A stretch of 64,000 nucleotides of DNA, from positions 25,686,871-25,750,870 of the forward strand of contig NC_092676.1 of the NCBI RefSeq assembly GCF_964355755.1, given 5' to 3'. The notes beneath the pieces are model-generated. The model saw only the letters and a program-made list of their open reading frames with translations, had not been told where the DNA came from and made no database searches. A program made the position numbers and the translations under genes. Below are positions 15,967 through 30,900 of the stretch, piece after piece. This DNA is from Antedon mediterranea. Lineage: Eukaryota; Animalia; Echinodermata. Positions within the stretch are counted from its first letter, which is position 1. Every line of letters starts with the position of its first letter.

Positions 15967-18900
15967 ATGGCTAGGGTCAAGGAAAAAAGTTATTTTGATG
16001 ATGATAAGAGGTTGGAAATTGATTTTATTTGGCACAATTATTATTATTTATTAATAAACCACTCGAAGAATGACTTAATTGAGGTTGCCGTGCTTGGATT
16101 TATGCCAATATGATTATTTAGTAAATAGGTAGGCTAGAGGCCAGTCTAGCCTACATCACAATCAATCGGAACAGACAAACGGACGCATAGGATAGGCTAC
16201 ATACAGGTCTAAGGACAGGATATTAGCCTACTATGGTTGATCAGATTAATGCTTTCAAGTTACAGTAGGAGGCATAATTGTCAAGTTTGGGGGTAGAGTA
16301 GCTGCTGTACCTTACCTAGTCCTTTATAATCTTAATACAGTATTTTACATATTATTTAAAAGCTCATTTCATATTTTTAATAAACAAGATGAGGGACCTA
16401 ATCAACCTAATTAATCAAGTGATGCAGATCTGAGTTTAAGAGTGGGGTACAATCCTATTTAGGCTTGATGCAATGTCACTGCAACCCCACCCCTTTTAGA
16501 GCAGGTTCTTGTGCCTTTCTGCAGTGTGTACATATTTTGTTCTTGCAGATTACAAGACCATGATGATGAGTTTGAAGTTTTGGATATAGAAAGAGATGCA
16601 TCCAACAGTTACGATGATGACGGACCATTCCATTCTCTAGACATAGAGATCGCTCGTAATTACACTTATGGAACAACTCCGCCTCTCAATCAACGAGAAC
16701 TGAAACGTGCTGGCAGAAAAGAAAAAGCAAAAGTCATTTATGGCGGGTATTCAAAACCGAACAAGTTCAAAGGACAGAATAATTCTTTTAATGAATGTGA
16801 TTTCCCACCTGTAACACGTAAAAACTCGCAGGAGGGTTGCGGAGGCGATGCGAAGGAGATGTACAATAGAAAGAAGATAAATATGATGAAGGAACGAGAC
16901 CAACAACGGGAGGAGAAGATCTCAATCAGAGATAATAAAAGTTGTATTGTACAGGAACCGATGAAAACGTTGTCAAGTTACTCAAGTAATCGTTTCAAGA
17001 GTTTAACATACCAACAAGTTAGTCTTCCTCTTTCACCGAATAATGCCTCGAAGAAACGACCAACATCAACTGGAAGTCAAATAAGTGAATGTTCAGAAGA
17101 CCGCCTTACCTTCCATAAAACGTTTTCGTTACTTATCAAAATGGGAGCAAGTAATTCGAAAAAGGAAAAAAGTACAGATATCAGCAGTAAGCTGAGTGTG
17201 CAGAGACAGAACAGTCAACAACTGGAGTTCTGGCAGGCTGAGCTGTCGGAGTTGTTATGGTTGGAACTGCAAGCGTGGCATAACTGTGTAGACATGGAAC
17301 AACAAGATGTATTATTATACCAAGCTCGTTTAAAAGCAAAGGAAGTTGTCGATAGAATATTGAAATTTAGATTCGAGCCAATAATATCCGGGATACAGCG
17401 GAGCAAATCACTGCAGACGACTCGTCGTTTATTTAGTTCTGATGGCAACGATGATTCTGCTCTTGGAGACGAAGACGATGACATGTCTCACATTCCACAT
17501 AGTCTTTCAGATTCCAATATTGACAGAGGCAGAGAAGGGAGCATATTTTCAGATACCTCGGATTCGGCTCCCATGTTACGAAGATGTTCGCTTGCGTTCG
17601 GCTTTGAAGTAACAGCAATGATGAAAATGATGCAATTAGCTCACCGACAAATCCATCCTCTATTGCGAGATTTTGAGAATGTACAAAAATTGTTCATATC
17701 TTCGAGAGCTCTAGAGGGCGGTATATCAGACTTTACCAACCCATCGTTTACCCGACAGATTAACACTTTGAATTTATGGATTAACATTACTGTCGATATT
17801 TCACATAAATTGAAATTGCTAGGCCATCATCTTGATGTTTATGGCACGGGTAACTGGCCTGGGATGGCATACAACGCACAATACTCAATTAACGGCAATT
17901 CGGATATCGTTAAACCGTATGCGAAAAAAAGTCGTCGGAGTCTGGCGAGTGTTCGAGAAGACTCTGCCGATCATCAAGATCTGGAGATAGAAGATGATGT
18001 TCTGTCATCTACTGATGACACACCCGAAAACACACCAGTTGCCCTCTCTGATGACACACCTAGCAGCACCCCGGTCAATACCCCTAAGTCGGAAAAATCA
18101 CCAATTACGCGCATTTTCAGTTCATGTCATTTTAGTTTTGATGAGGAGGGTACAGCGTATATGTATAGACCTTACGTGGACAGCGGTCTGAAGCATAACG
18201 GTTTGGAAAAAACAATGATTGCGCTGCAGTCCATCATAGGTCCAACTTTAACACGAGCAAAAATGGCGCTTGAAAAACCATCACAATTCGATATCGTCAC
18301 TGATTCCTCAAAGGTAAGTTGAACGAGAAATACAAAGTTGATCATGGGCTAGAAGTGGGAGTCTACATCTGTCTGTATGCTGTATTTCCATATGAATGCA
18401 GTAGCAACTACTTAACAATATACAGCACTACTGTAGACTATCCACATTGATCTTAACCAATCTTACAGTAGAACTCCCTTTTTTTAAACACCCCTATTAA
18501 GGAAACAGTTTAACATGAAACAAACAAGAGGAAATATGTTTTAATACTACAGCCAACCCCTATTCAGGGAACTCTTTCAAATGAAATGAACAAGGGGAAA
18601 CCCCTATTTAGGAGAGACCTCTATTGAGGGGACTCTTTTTAACCCCTATTCAGGGGACCTCTTTTGAGGGGACTCTCAACTCCTATTCAGGGGACCTCTT
18701 TTGAGGGGACTCTCAACTCCTATATCAGGGAATACTACTATCAGTATTACTCTTTTTTTGGGTCCCAAAGATTATAATGTAATACAGGAAGTTCTGTCTG
18801 AGGCTGAGTATACTTTTTAATGATGGTTAAATTTATATTTAACTTCCTTGCAGGTTGAGGAATATCCTAGCCACCCTTGTCTGGATACCTGCTCAGCTAG

Positions 18901-21900
18901 TCTCAATGATCCAAAGACTTCTTGCTTTATTAAACATGGCTGTCACAGCCAAGAATTTCAAGAAATGAATCTACCATCATTCAGGTATAGTTTATTGATG
19001 AACACATTCAGAAGTGAGTCTAGAGTGGTATCAAGGTGGTTTAAATGATATATGGGTATTTCCAATGTTATAATGACAACTACACTGTATCAAGTCATTA
19101 CCCATCATCCACCTGTACTTCTTATAATGACAACTACACTGTATTAACTTATAATTACTCATCAGCCACCTGTACTTTGACATAAAACACCCTTCCTCCC
19201 TCATAAATAGACAATGAACCCATTCTCCTTTGACTATATTCACATTTTCTCCGATGTTTTGTTCGTTAGGAATGCTTATCTGTTTCTGCTTCGTGTTCTG
19301 TTGGATGTCATGCATGAAAGCTTACAGTTCCGCCTTGCACAAAAACCAGCTGCAGTTGCAGAACCTTCTATCCACAGTATAAATCAGGTAAATATTGTAT
19401 TTTGTGTCTTAAGCTCTATCTACGCTATCAAATTTTATGTGACAAAAAATGTGATCTACCCATATGGATAAATATAATGTTTATAATGTAATCAATAATA
19501 TAATAATGTCTACAGTCTACATCCAATAAATCCCAAAACATAATCCACATGTATTTTAAGAGGCACTATATGTCAACAAATAATTATTAGTCCTCTCTCC
19601 ATGACGGTTGTCACATAATGCTTTGTATTATTTTGTTTTTGTATTTATATGTTTCATATGGACAGTTTGTCTGAAATAAAGTTGAATTGAATTGACAATT
19701 TTTATCTGGCATTCAAAGAAACCGTCAACCAAGCAGCTATGCTTCATCTAGTAGAATGGATAACTTCCAAAAGCACACCTGAGAAAATTCAGGGGTCACC
19801 TTTCCTACAACATAGACGATATATAAGTATATTAGGAATTGCCGCGGGATATCGGGCAGTCAATTCTGTTAGCACTGGCTATAAACATGTAGCTATAGGT
19901 AGGTAGATAGTTCCATGCTATGTGTATGATTGTGATTGTGTGGTTCTTGTTTCTCAGCTAATACACGAGTGTAAAGAGGTGATTCGATGGGCGGTCTGGG
20001 TCAAAGGTTACTACCATAGAATGGTGCAAGCCGTTGCCTGTGGCAGTCTGGATGCTGACACAGACATTGAAGAGTATGAAGAAAACTTAAAGAATATGCT
20101 TGAGGTACTTTGGATATCTTTGTATATTTTATAATAATAATAATAATAAGATTTATACAGCGCACATATCCACTAAAGTGCTCAAGGCGCTTGTGAAAAT
20201 CATGAAACATATTAACCTTAACCTAAATACAACTGATAATTTTGACAAAAAACCAAATTAAAAACAAGACCAATCGAACCCACCTCACTGCTTCCGTTTA
20301 CCAGCAATTTAAGGTGCATAGACCAGCCAGTACATAACTGAGTGAGTGAGTGGCCGAGCGGTTAAGACAGTGGAACCGTAAGAGTGAGTGAGTGGCCGAG
20401 CGGTTAAGACAGTGGAACCGTAATTACGTAGCCATAACATCGGCAGGCGTTCGAGGCTCACTCACTCCATGGTTCTGGTGGTAGAACGAGTCTTCTCGGA
20501 TAAGGACTATAAACCGTAGATCCAGTGTACACATCTAACTCGTGTGCACTTTAAAGAACCTAGTACATCTTTCGAGACGAGTAGGGGGTTACCCCGGTGT
20601 ATTAGTACATCACAGCCACTGATCACCAACTGGGCCCTCTGGGAGACCAGTCTTTGACTGAAGAGGTTACCCAGTATAAATATATAAATTTCATAAAAAA
20701 ATTTCAACTCACAGGTGTTCTCAGTGATGTGGGTATCTAGCTAAATAAATTAAATCTTACAAATTTTCATCTTTTAATATTTTCATCTTTGCATATTTTC
20801 GTCTTTAAAATGAATTAATGTTTAGCTACTGGCCTTTTGTGATTTAGATGCAAGGGCAATTCTGATGATAAGATGATGATTGTAATACAGTATTACACAG
20901 TTATCAGCAGCTAAGTGATAAGAACAATTCTCAGCAACCGTATCATGTGGACACTCCTCATGGTGAATCACTTTTTGACCATAAGATGACATTGGAGTTC
21001 ACTCTCTAGTAAATTATATAACCTCTTTGTTATAGGTGTATTTTGAATATCTCCATATATGGATGTCTATGCTTCAACGATCACCTCGTGCTTCAGCGAG
21101 TTTGAAGAACATTTTAGAAGAGGAGTGGGCTTTCTCAAAAGAATTCTGCCCTCATATCAGAAGTGGAGAATCCGAGGCTGGGAAAAGATTTTGGTAAGAA
21201 GTTGTACTTAACTTGTAATAGATTTTTAGATCTTTTTAGAGTTTAAAATCAATATAAATTATAAGTAACTCATTAGCAATGCATGACTGAACAAAGACTG
21301 TATATTGAGAACTTTTTTCTACTCAAAAGAAGACTTTATTTAAAAGCCATGCCTAACACTATCAAACTTTATGTGACAAAATGTGATGTGCCCATAATGC
21401 TGATGTCATATCACTACCATATTTGGGCACATCACACTTTTTTTGTCAAACTAATTTGATAGTGTACACTGAGCTTAAAGCTATGACAACACTATAAATC
21501 TTAATGTTACAACGAAATATGATGTGCCCATATATAGAGATGATGTTGTCATATCACTACCATATTTGGGTATATCACACTTTATTTGAGCACATCAAAC
21601 TAATTTGATAGTGTAGACAGAGCTTAACAATAGCAATAAGTGAACTAGTCAACATTTGTTATTATATAGCATTATGGCAAAGAGTCTTCTGGCTTCTACA
21701 AGTGAATACCTTGAGGGCGACACTGATGAAATATGCTCTGGACTTCAAGACAGCACATTGGATCTTAAAAATATTATGTAAGTTGCAATTTAATGACTTT
21801 ATATAAGTCATATCACAAGCTTTAAGGAGTACAAATACTGTATACATAGCGACATGGCTACATCTATGTTAACTATGTATTTGTAAGTCCAGTGTACACA

Positions 21901-24900
21901 TCTGGTTCATGTGCACTTTAATGAACCTAGTACGTCATTTAAAATGAGTAGGCGGTTACCCCGGTATACTAGTTCACACACAGCCACTTTCACAAACTCA
22001 ACATAGTACTACACTGGCACTCTTTGACTGAAGAAGCTACCCATTATAAAGAATAACTGAATAATTTATAGTTTGAACGTAAAATGGATTTATTTTAGTT
22101 GCTTTAGTGTATTTTCGCCTAAAGTTGAGTACATAAACACCCTTCTTGATCTTTGTTTTTACCTTCTCAGAAAGAGCACAAGAGATTATTGTAGAAGAAT
22201 AAAACAGCTATTTTATGAAGCAAGGGAGAGAACCTCAAGAGCGCTGAGTTTTGCTAAAATGTTGCGAAAAGTAAGACTTATTTATTATTATGATTTTTGT
22301 AGTCATGTACTGAATAAATGACTGTTTAATTTTAGAATTTTGTAATCTGTATGTCATCAGCTTGCAGAGAAAGATTATAGGTAACTTTATTTTAAAGTGT
22401 GATGTGCCCAAATATGATAATGATATGCCCAAATATGGTAGTGATATGCCCAAATATGGTAGTGATATGACATTATCATGTCCATATATTGGGTGCATCA
22501 CATTTTTTTGTCACATAAAATGTGATAGTGTAAACGGAGCATCATGATTTGTTTTGTTGACCTCTTTGCAGGATTTGGAAATTGCAGCTGAGTTTCATTT
22601 ATCAGTTTCAACGGGCAGACTGCTTCAAGATTTAGAGAATTCAAAACATGTTAGGGTAAGTATTATTATTATATTATTATAATTTGATTTTTCTAAAAAT
22701 ATATTATTCCTGAAATAATAAAGTCACCATGTTAATAGAAATATAGTATGTATAAGTAAAGCTCTGTCTACACTTTTAAACTAGTTTGACAAATAAAGCG
22801 TGATTTGTCCAAATATGGTAGTGATATGCTCAAATATGGTAGTGATATGACATCATCCTGTCCATACACCGGTGTACTAGTACATCATAGCCACTGATCA
22901 TAACTGGACCCTTTGGAAGACCAGTCTTTTGACTTAAGAGGTCGCCCAGTATAAATAAATAACAAGAAACAAACAATATATGGCACATTACATCTTTTTT
23001 TGTCAAACTAGTTTGATAGTGTAGACAGAGTTTAAAACTCTTTTATGCCAAATAAAATTTACAATAAAATATTTAATATGACTTTATTATTTAAAAAAAT
23101 AACCATATTGGTATTTTCTTGATAGATTAAACTAGACAGTCCTGGTCACATGTTGTTTGTGCCGGAACATATCAAAGAGAATATCCAACAGATTCGTCAG
23201 CTACTGAGCGACCTCTGCGGTCGTGACGACTTCATCCAGTCAAGTCCATCCAGCGAGGAAGGCTATCTGTTATTGGTCAAATCTGAAGAAGTTGACATTT
23301 GGCGTGGAGATTGTGTGGATGTTCCCCTAAATGTTGAGAGAACTATAGCACTGGTCGATATACAGGTAATTTGGATTTCTGTACAGATTCAGTGTCTATA
23401 CATTTTTTGTGACTTTTAGATTGAATTGATTGATTGATCACTTTATTTCAGAATAAAAATTCCATATATACAACAAACAATACAAAATGGAAAATCACAC
23501 TAAAATGTTCTCCCATTTAGTGAAGAGATTTGAAGATCATAGTACACCTAACAAGATCATTTACACTTTGTAAAGTGCTTATTTTGCATTTTAAAAACTA
23601 GTCTATGGACAAGACCAAGAATGTTCAATGGTTTAAATGAATGAATGACTTTTTTCTTATATTTGTGTTTTCTAAAATTTAGGTTGAAAATCTTTTACTG
23701 GTTGTTAACCATTCGTCTCAACTGTCAAGCCAACGCAAAGCTTTTGAGAAAGCTGTGGGTAGTGATGTTGCTCTAGTCATTGAAACTACCTCAAGTCATA
23801 ACACAATATCAGATGCCTTGTCAGAACTTAAGGTGAAAATCCTACTTAAGTATTACAGTCCGCTTCATAATCACATTATCTCTAAAGCTCTGTCTGCACT
23901 TTCAAACTAGTTTGATAAATAAAGTGTGATGTGCCCAAATATGTTGGTGATATGCCCAAAAATGGTAGTGATATGACATCATCCTGTCCATTTATAGGCA
24001 CATCACATTTTTTGTCACATAAAGTTTGATAGTGTAGATAGAGCTTAATAGACATTTTCAAATTATAATACCTGAATAGTAATTTCTATGTAATTTTGTA
24101 AAAGTACTTTAATACAAATATTATCTATTTTGACAGACAAATGCCTTGAAGCATGGTGAAACGTTAACTGCATGTATTTATAAGATACGTGAGAATCTTG
24201 ACATTGACCGCATCCATGATATTGACCCTAACGACACGTCTAGACTCTGCAAGTATTTCAAAGAAACTATGCATAGATGCTTTGCCGTTGGATTTGAGGT
24301 AATTATAAATTATTACTGAGAATAGATTAAAGAGATTATGTTACATTAAGCAAGGCAATCTAACAACAGGATGCTGAACTCTGAAGATCAAAGAGTTTAT
24401 CTGTGGCTGTGACACGCTCAGTTTCACACCCCTTAACAGACACAGAGTAGTGCGAGGAATCTGTATAATACAGTAATGTTGGTATTTGTCACAGCCAGAC
24501 ATAAGATCAAAGGACTTTTACGAGTTCATATCTTGGTAAGGCAAGCTCAGTGTCCTGCTGTTTACTGCTTGCATTAAGCAAGCAGTAAAATAAAACATTA
24601 AGATCTGTCTACACTACACGAAAAAATGTGATATATGGGCATGATGATGTCATATCACTACCATATTTTGGCACATCACACTTTTTTTGTCAAACTAGTT
24701 TGATAGTGTAGACAGAGCTTTAGATACAACAAAATAAAATGTTGAGTAAAACCATTCCCTTTACTTTCATTTCTCAAAAAAATGTTATTATGATTTTATT
24801 TTTAAATTTGTAGTATCATAAAGAAGTGGCACGACTTCTGTCCGGTGAATTGCGTCAACGGCTAGGCAAATCATCTCTCACGTTTGCTACAACTTGGATG

Positions 24901-27900
24901 AAATTTGTTGTAGATAAATGTGAAAAAGGCAAAGGAAGAAAACCTAGGTATCTATATATAAATTTACGTAAGGGCAAAATTCGGTGAATCACGCGTTATT
25001 TCTAGAATGTTTACTCGATGGTATATAAAGTTGGTTCGTACTTTCGGTACTGATTTTAACCGCCAGATGTAACCCTGTTTACTAATTAAATTGAGTTTGA
25101 TAATTAGTTATTGACGATTAAAACGAATTTAGGTTCAACGATTTGCCCCAAATAGGGGTGTTTTTCGATCGCGGTATACACTGTCTAATGGATGTCCGTC
25201 TTGAAAAATACCCGCAGACGATAATACGAGGATGCTTCGCATTTTTCTATCTCCTCCTACGATAATTGTTTTTAATGGCTGAAAACCGGTTGAACAGCTC
25301 GAGTACAGCATCATAATGTTGAAGACAGGCCGATTAAAAAAAAAAAATACTAATTTGATAGATTTAATATACGTTTATACAAATAAATGTATTGATTTGC
25401 GATGAATGGAACATTCCAATCTCTGTTCCACAAGTGTCTATTCCCTCAGGCGTCGTAAAGGCAAGTACTGTATACTCATAACAGAAATTCGATCCATTTT
25501 TTTTTCAACCAACCCAACCATTTCAATCTGTGCTGCAGAGGTTGGATATACATTTTTTTTAACAGATAATGAGCTAGCGCTTTCACTCGCCGTATATTAT
25601 GTACACATCTTTATTATTGCAGTTAAACCACCCACATCACCACCCTTCCCTCGCTGGCATGAGTAGCGTTGTAAAACCAGTAGAGGATGGGCCTTTACGG
25701 TACATCACATGCCCTAACTAAACGCAGAACAACTTTGGAGGGTAGGGTAGGAACCAACTTAAGTATGAATTGGCTCTAAGAAACAATTGAAAACCATTAT
25801 GCCTACTAATTAAGTTGAGTTAGATAATTTAATATTTATTGACCATTAAATCGAATTTATGATTTTGCCCCGAATAGAGGTGGTTTTCACAAATTGTTTT
25901 AAATTATATAAACATACACGTCGTAGTGATGTATCGTTACATGTACTATACTATTTCAATCGACGGTGATAGTTTCAACAAGTATTAAATCGCAATGTTT
26001 TACTGTGTATAGTGGTATATTATTTGTAAAACATGAAAACAATTAATATTTCGTTACTAAATGGATAAAGAATATATTTAAAAATTGTTCTTCTTTGCAC
26101 CCATCCTCTTCCCCATCCCTCAACCCTAATGTTACATACAAAACACAAATTAAGTTTGTTTAAATTTGACTTAAACAATGTGTCTCATTTTGTGACAAGT
26201 TTCTCTTTCGGATGTATATTTCCAGGGTGCTAATGTTAGTTGAGTACATAAATCACAGTGTCTATTTATTCGTTCCTGTAAACGACATGTATTATTGTTG
26301 TACATTTGAAATCGCCAGTTCTTTAACGCTGAAATTATTATGTATTCGAGAACCATCTGTGGGCACGACCTAGATGGTACGCGAGCGAAGCGAGCGTACC
26401 ATCTAGTTGTATTAATTTGTTGTATTGAAATAAATCATCATCAGGTAAAATAAGGATGGGATAAAGGTTATAAACAAGGAACTTCAAACTAATTTTAGAA
26501 ACTTATTATTGGCTGACATTCAGGTTTCCTGTTATGATGATGATGATGTTATGATCATCTTTTGAATGGATTGATAAAATCAAAACAACATATATATAAT
26601 AAAAAACATGTCTACACTATCAAACTTTATTCCGCAACAAAAATATGTGATGTGCCTATATATGGACATGATGATGTCATATCACTACCATATTTGGGCA
26701 TATCACTACCATATTTGGGAACATCACACTTTTTTTGTCACATAAAGTTTGATAGTGTTGACAGAGCTTATGAAGTTGCAAAATTTAATTAATTAAATTT
26801 CTTATTCAAAATCAGTACAGAAAAGCACACCTGAAAAAAAAATAGCTACAATTTATCTAATTCTCTTTATTTATGAACACAATTCAAAGAAAGTTCTCAC
26901 ACCTTGCCCTAAACAGGAAGGTAAAACATTCAGGCAGGAAGCAATACCAACGCTCCTTCCTGCTCCCAGAATACAATTACTCTAGCACTACTACAACTAT
27001 TTGTAAAATTCTGTGTTCCATGTTGTTGGTGTGTCTCTCTGTATCTTAATTTTTGGTATGTTTCTCAGCATCTCATATTTCTACTATGTCTCTTCGTGAA
27101 CTTTTCAACACTTATTTTTGTACATTAACGTTGATTTTACAGTACTTTTACAAATTACAGTACTTGTGTATTAATGCACATGTTGTCTGATGGTACTGTA
27201 GTTACAACATGGACCTATAAATTAGATAGGTCCATGGTTACAACAATAACTGTAACATTATTTTGTGATTTCTTTCTGTGTAGATGGGCTCAGCATGGCT
27301 TAGATTTTCTTATCATTGCCTGTGATCCAAAGAACATAGCTCATCTAGAGGATGGTGAATTTCAGGTAGGTACATCAGATTCAATTAGGAGGTATGCATT
27401 ATTATTTAGGCATCATTATTACTGGGTACTGAAGTTGGATTTTAATTTGCAAGCCTAAATAAATTATTTAATATTTTGCCATTTGCTTGTTGACGAAAGC
27501 TGTGTACACAACATTGATTTCATTCGTTGGTCAAAGAAGGAAAGATAAAACATGCTTCACATTTAGTCCATGCATTTGTAAAGTTCTGTCCACACTATCA
27601 ATTAGGTTGAAGTGTGATAATACCCAAATATGGTAGTGATATGACATCATCATGTCCATATATGGGCACATCACACTTTTTTGTCACATGAAGTTTGATT
27701 AGACAGACCTTTAGAGTAAACGAACTTTTTTTATTATTGTTTACTAGGAAATAAAGACTCTTATGTATAAGTGTATTCAGTATGTAATTGGATCACCACC
27801 AGCTACCTCTTGCCCTGCTAGCCCAGGTAAGCCGAGTTTTTATTTATAGCACTCTATTTTTTATTTAATAAAAAAAGAATTAAAAAGACAAAATGCAGAC

Positions 27901-30900
27901 GTTAGCACAATAACAAACCATCCTGCCTAAAACAGAAAAATAATCGTGAAAAGCGTAATGATGGAAAACGTTTCAAATTGTTTTCATTTTAAAAATTCAA
28001 AGATTGTTTGAAAATATTCTTGAATATGATATTGTCACCAAATAGAGTTGAAAATAACATGTTTTGTTGTTGTTATAGCCCCTACTCATCGGCCAGCAAG
28101 TCCAACCCCGGAGAGTCTTGCAATGAGCAAGTCTGCACGGCTTAGCATTCATTCTACACCAGGTTCACCAGTGCCAAGTGACTTTCACCGCAGCACTAGT
28201 GACGTATTCAGGCCTGTCTGTAGCCCCACAGAAGATAGACTTGGTAAATAACTATACTCTATACTCTATAGCCAATAATCCCTTGCTCAAATTTTCAAAT
28301 GTAGGCTAACACAAGAATCCATTCTTAATGCAATACTATAATTCCAATCCTTAATTTTTCCACAATGTTGTTGTAGCCTGCACCCCTGGGACTATTATCT
28401 TGGTCATATATATATGGCACTGATATTATTGGGACCCCTATGGAAACAAGCTGTAGAGCTTATGGTTATACTCTTGCTCTCATCCTGTTTATATGTATAT
28501 ATTTATAGTTGCATTTTTGTATTTGATGAAGAGCAACAAATAAGAAACACAAATATTATTTAGATAGATTTATGGCAAACGTATTTTAGTAGTTTGGTGA
28601 TGTTGTTCCCTTATTATATTATTCTTCCTCCATAGGCCTACTTATCTTACTTATCATCTTCTATCTCTTTAAAAACAGAATTAAATTTCAAACCAGTGGA
28701 TAAACGACCAAGTCCAATTCAATTCAGCGATAAGGTTCCTAGCAAACGTATTGTACAAATGCGCAAGTCTGTATCGGTGCTGGAAGAAGCACGCATGAAA
28801 AAGCTACAAGAAGATGGGGTCATAGGTCATGTCAGTAACCATTCAAGCAATAACAACATGGTGTTCAACTGTCGTAAGGTCAAATTTAGGTGGCAGAGAG
28901 GATTCAAAATAGGTAATGATTAAAGCTTATTGGTCAAAGTTCAATCTTATATTGTGTAAAGCTCTGTCTACATAATCTATTTTGTATTGTATTGCTATGG
29001 AGGAAAATAAATGTCTTTTTGAAATGAAAAATCAAATTTTATATGACAAAAAAATGTGATGTGCCCATATATGGACACAATTATGTCATATCACTACCAT
29101 ATTTGGGCACATCACATTTTTTTTGTAAAACTAATTTGATAGTGTAGACAGAGCTTAATGCACCATAAAAATAAATTGATATGGCAGACAGATAGATCGC
29201 TAGTATCTTGTTAATGTTAATTCATTGTTCTTTTTCAAGGTGAGGGACAACAAGGAACAACTGTCTATGCATGCATCAATATGGATACTGGTGAAACACT
29301 TGCTGTCAAGGAGGTAAATAGGACATTCAGATTACCCTAGACCATTCATTCATCATAACCATTAACACCTTAGTGCATATTTCCAGTCTGCTGTTGGTTT
29401 TGGTCCTAACTGAGTTAAGCAACGTTGGGCCCGGTTGCATTCTGGATGGGAGACCGGGTGCTGTATATTAACCAGAGAGTGATAATGTGATGAGTTTAAT
29501 GATAATATCGGAATAGCATTTGATAGGCATGGGTTCAAGGTTATTTGTATCGTCCATTGCATCCTAAAGCTTGGTTCCCACTAGAACGTAACGCAAGGAC
29601 GTAAACGCAACGCAAGCGTTTTAACCAATGGCAACCGAAGTTATAGACAGTTAGCAGTCAATTCACTTGCGTTGCCTTACGTTCTTGCGTTGCGTCGCTA
29701 GTGGGAACCACGCTTTGGGCAAGATGCTTTACTCTCATTAGATGTAAAGCTGTTGGTCCCGTGTACTTAACAGTGCACGTTAAAGAACTCGGTACACTAT
29801 TAAAAAAGAGTAGGGAATTGTCTCCCAGTGCTGGCTGCTGGCTGCCGTGTAGGGCCTAATCCAAATTTCCTCAGTTTTCAGTTAAGCTTGCGGATCAGAA
29901 AAATACATTTAACATTTTATTTTTCTTTTAAGATCCGACTACAGCGTTTTGATGATCACAGTGCATTAAGGGACCTTGCAGATGAGATTAAGATATTTGA
30001 AAGCATTATACATCCAAATCTTGTGAAATATTATGGTGTTGAGATTCACAGGGTGAGTATCCTGGTATGCATAAGATTACATCATAGAGATACAGTCATA
30101 CCTGTTCTGTTTCCACAAAATGGTAGACCCGTGCGGACATAGCTTAAGTTTGAGATGAGTCTACAAATCCTGTAATTATATTTGGTAAAATGGCTTGGTG
30201 TATTTCATGGATTGGGAAGCAAAATTTGAATACTTGGAAAGGAAACTAACGTTTTGTCTAGACTATCAAACTAGTTTGACAAAAATGTGTGATCACAAAT
30301 ATGGTGGTGATATGCCCAAATACAGTAGTGATTTGACAACATGTCCATTTATGGGCACATCACATTTTTTTGTCACATAAGGTTTGATAATGTAGACAGA
30401 GTTTAATAATATTGATATAACTTATAATATATTTTCTAGGAGGAATTGTTGATTTTCATGGAATACTGCGATGACGGTACATTAGGTGATGCTGCAGAAG
30501 AGTGTCTACCAGAAGACATGATCAGGCACTATATGTATGAGATTGTGACTGCTGTTAGTGTGCTACACGAGCGTGGCATTATTCATAGAGATATAAAAGG
30601 CAAGACATTTAATAAGATTCTTTCAATTTAAGAATATACTTGTACAAGCCCAATATCTTGATCTCCCAGAATGTACCTAATTTTAAAAAGTAAAAGAGAT
30701 TTGTGACAATAAGAACATTCTTAGTTTTCTGGGAGTATGATTTGATACAATTCTGCTCAAATAAAATCCTGAGATTGTTAAGAGTAGACTGATGTTTATT
30801 CACATGAACACACACATGCACTATAATTTATTTTTTGAAAGATACACAGTCTGTGCCTGGCACTTATTTGAGGAAGTAATACCTTAAATAATTAATATTC

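Noticed and set aside
29412-29460. 5S rRNA gene
   Set aside because: Only a diverged internal fragment, with no intact 5' or 3' ends.
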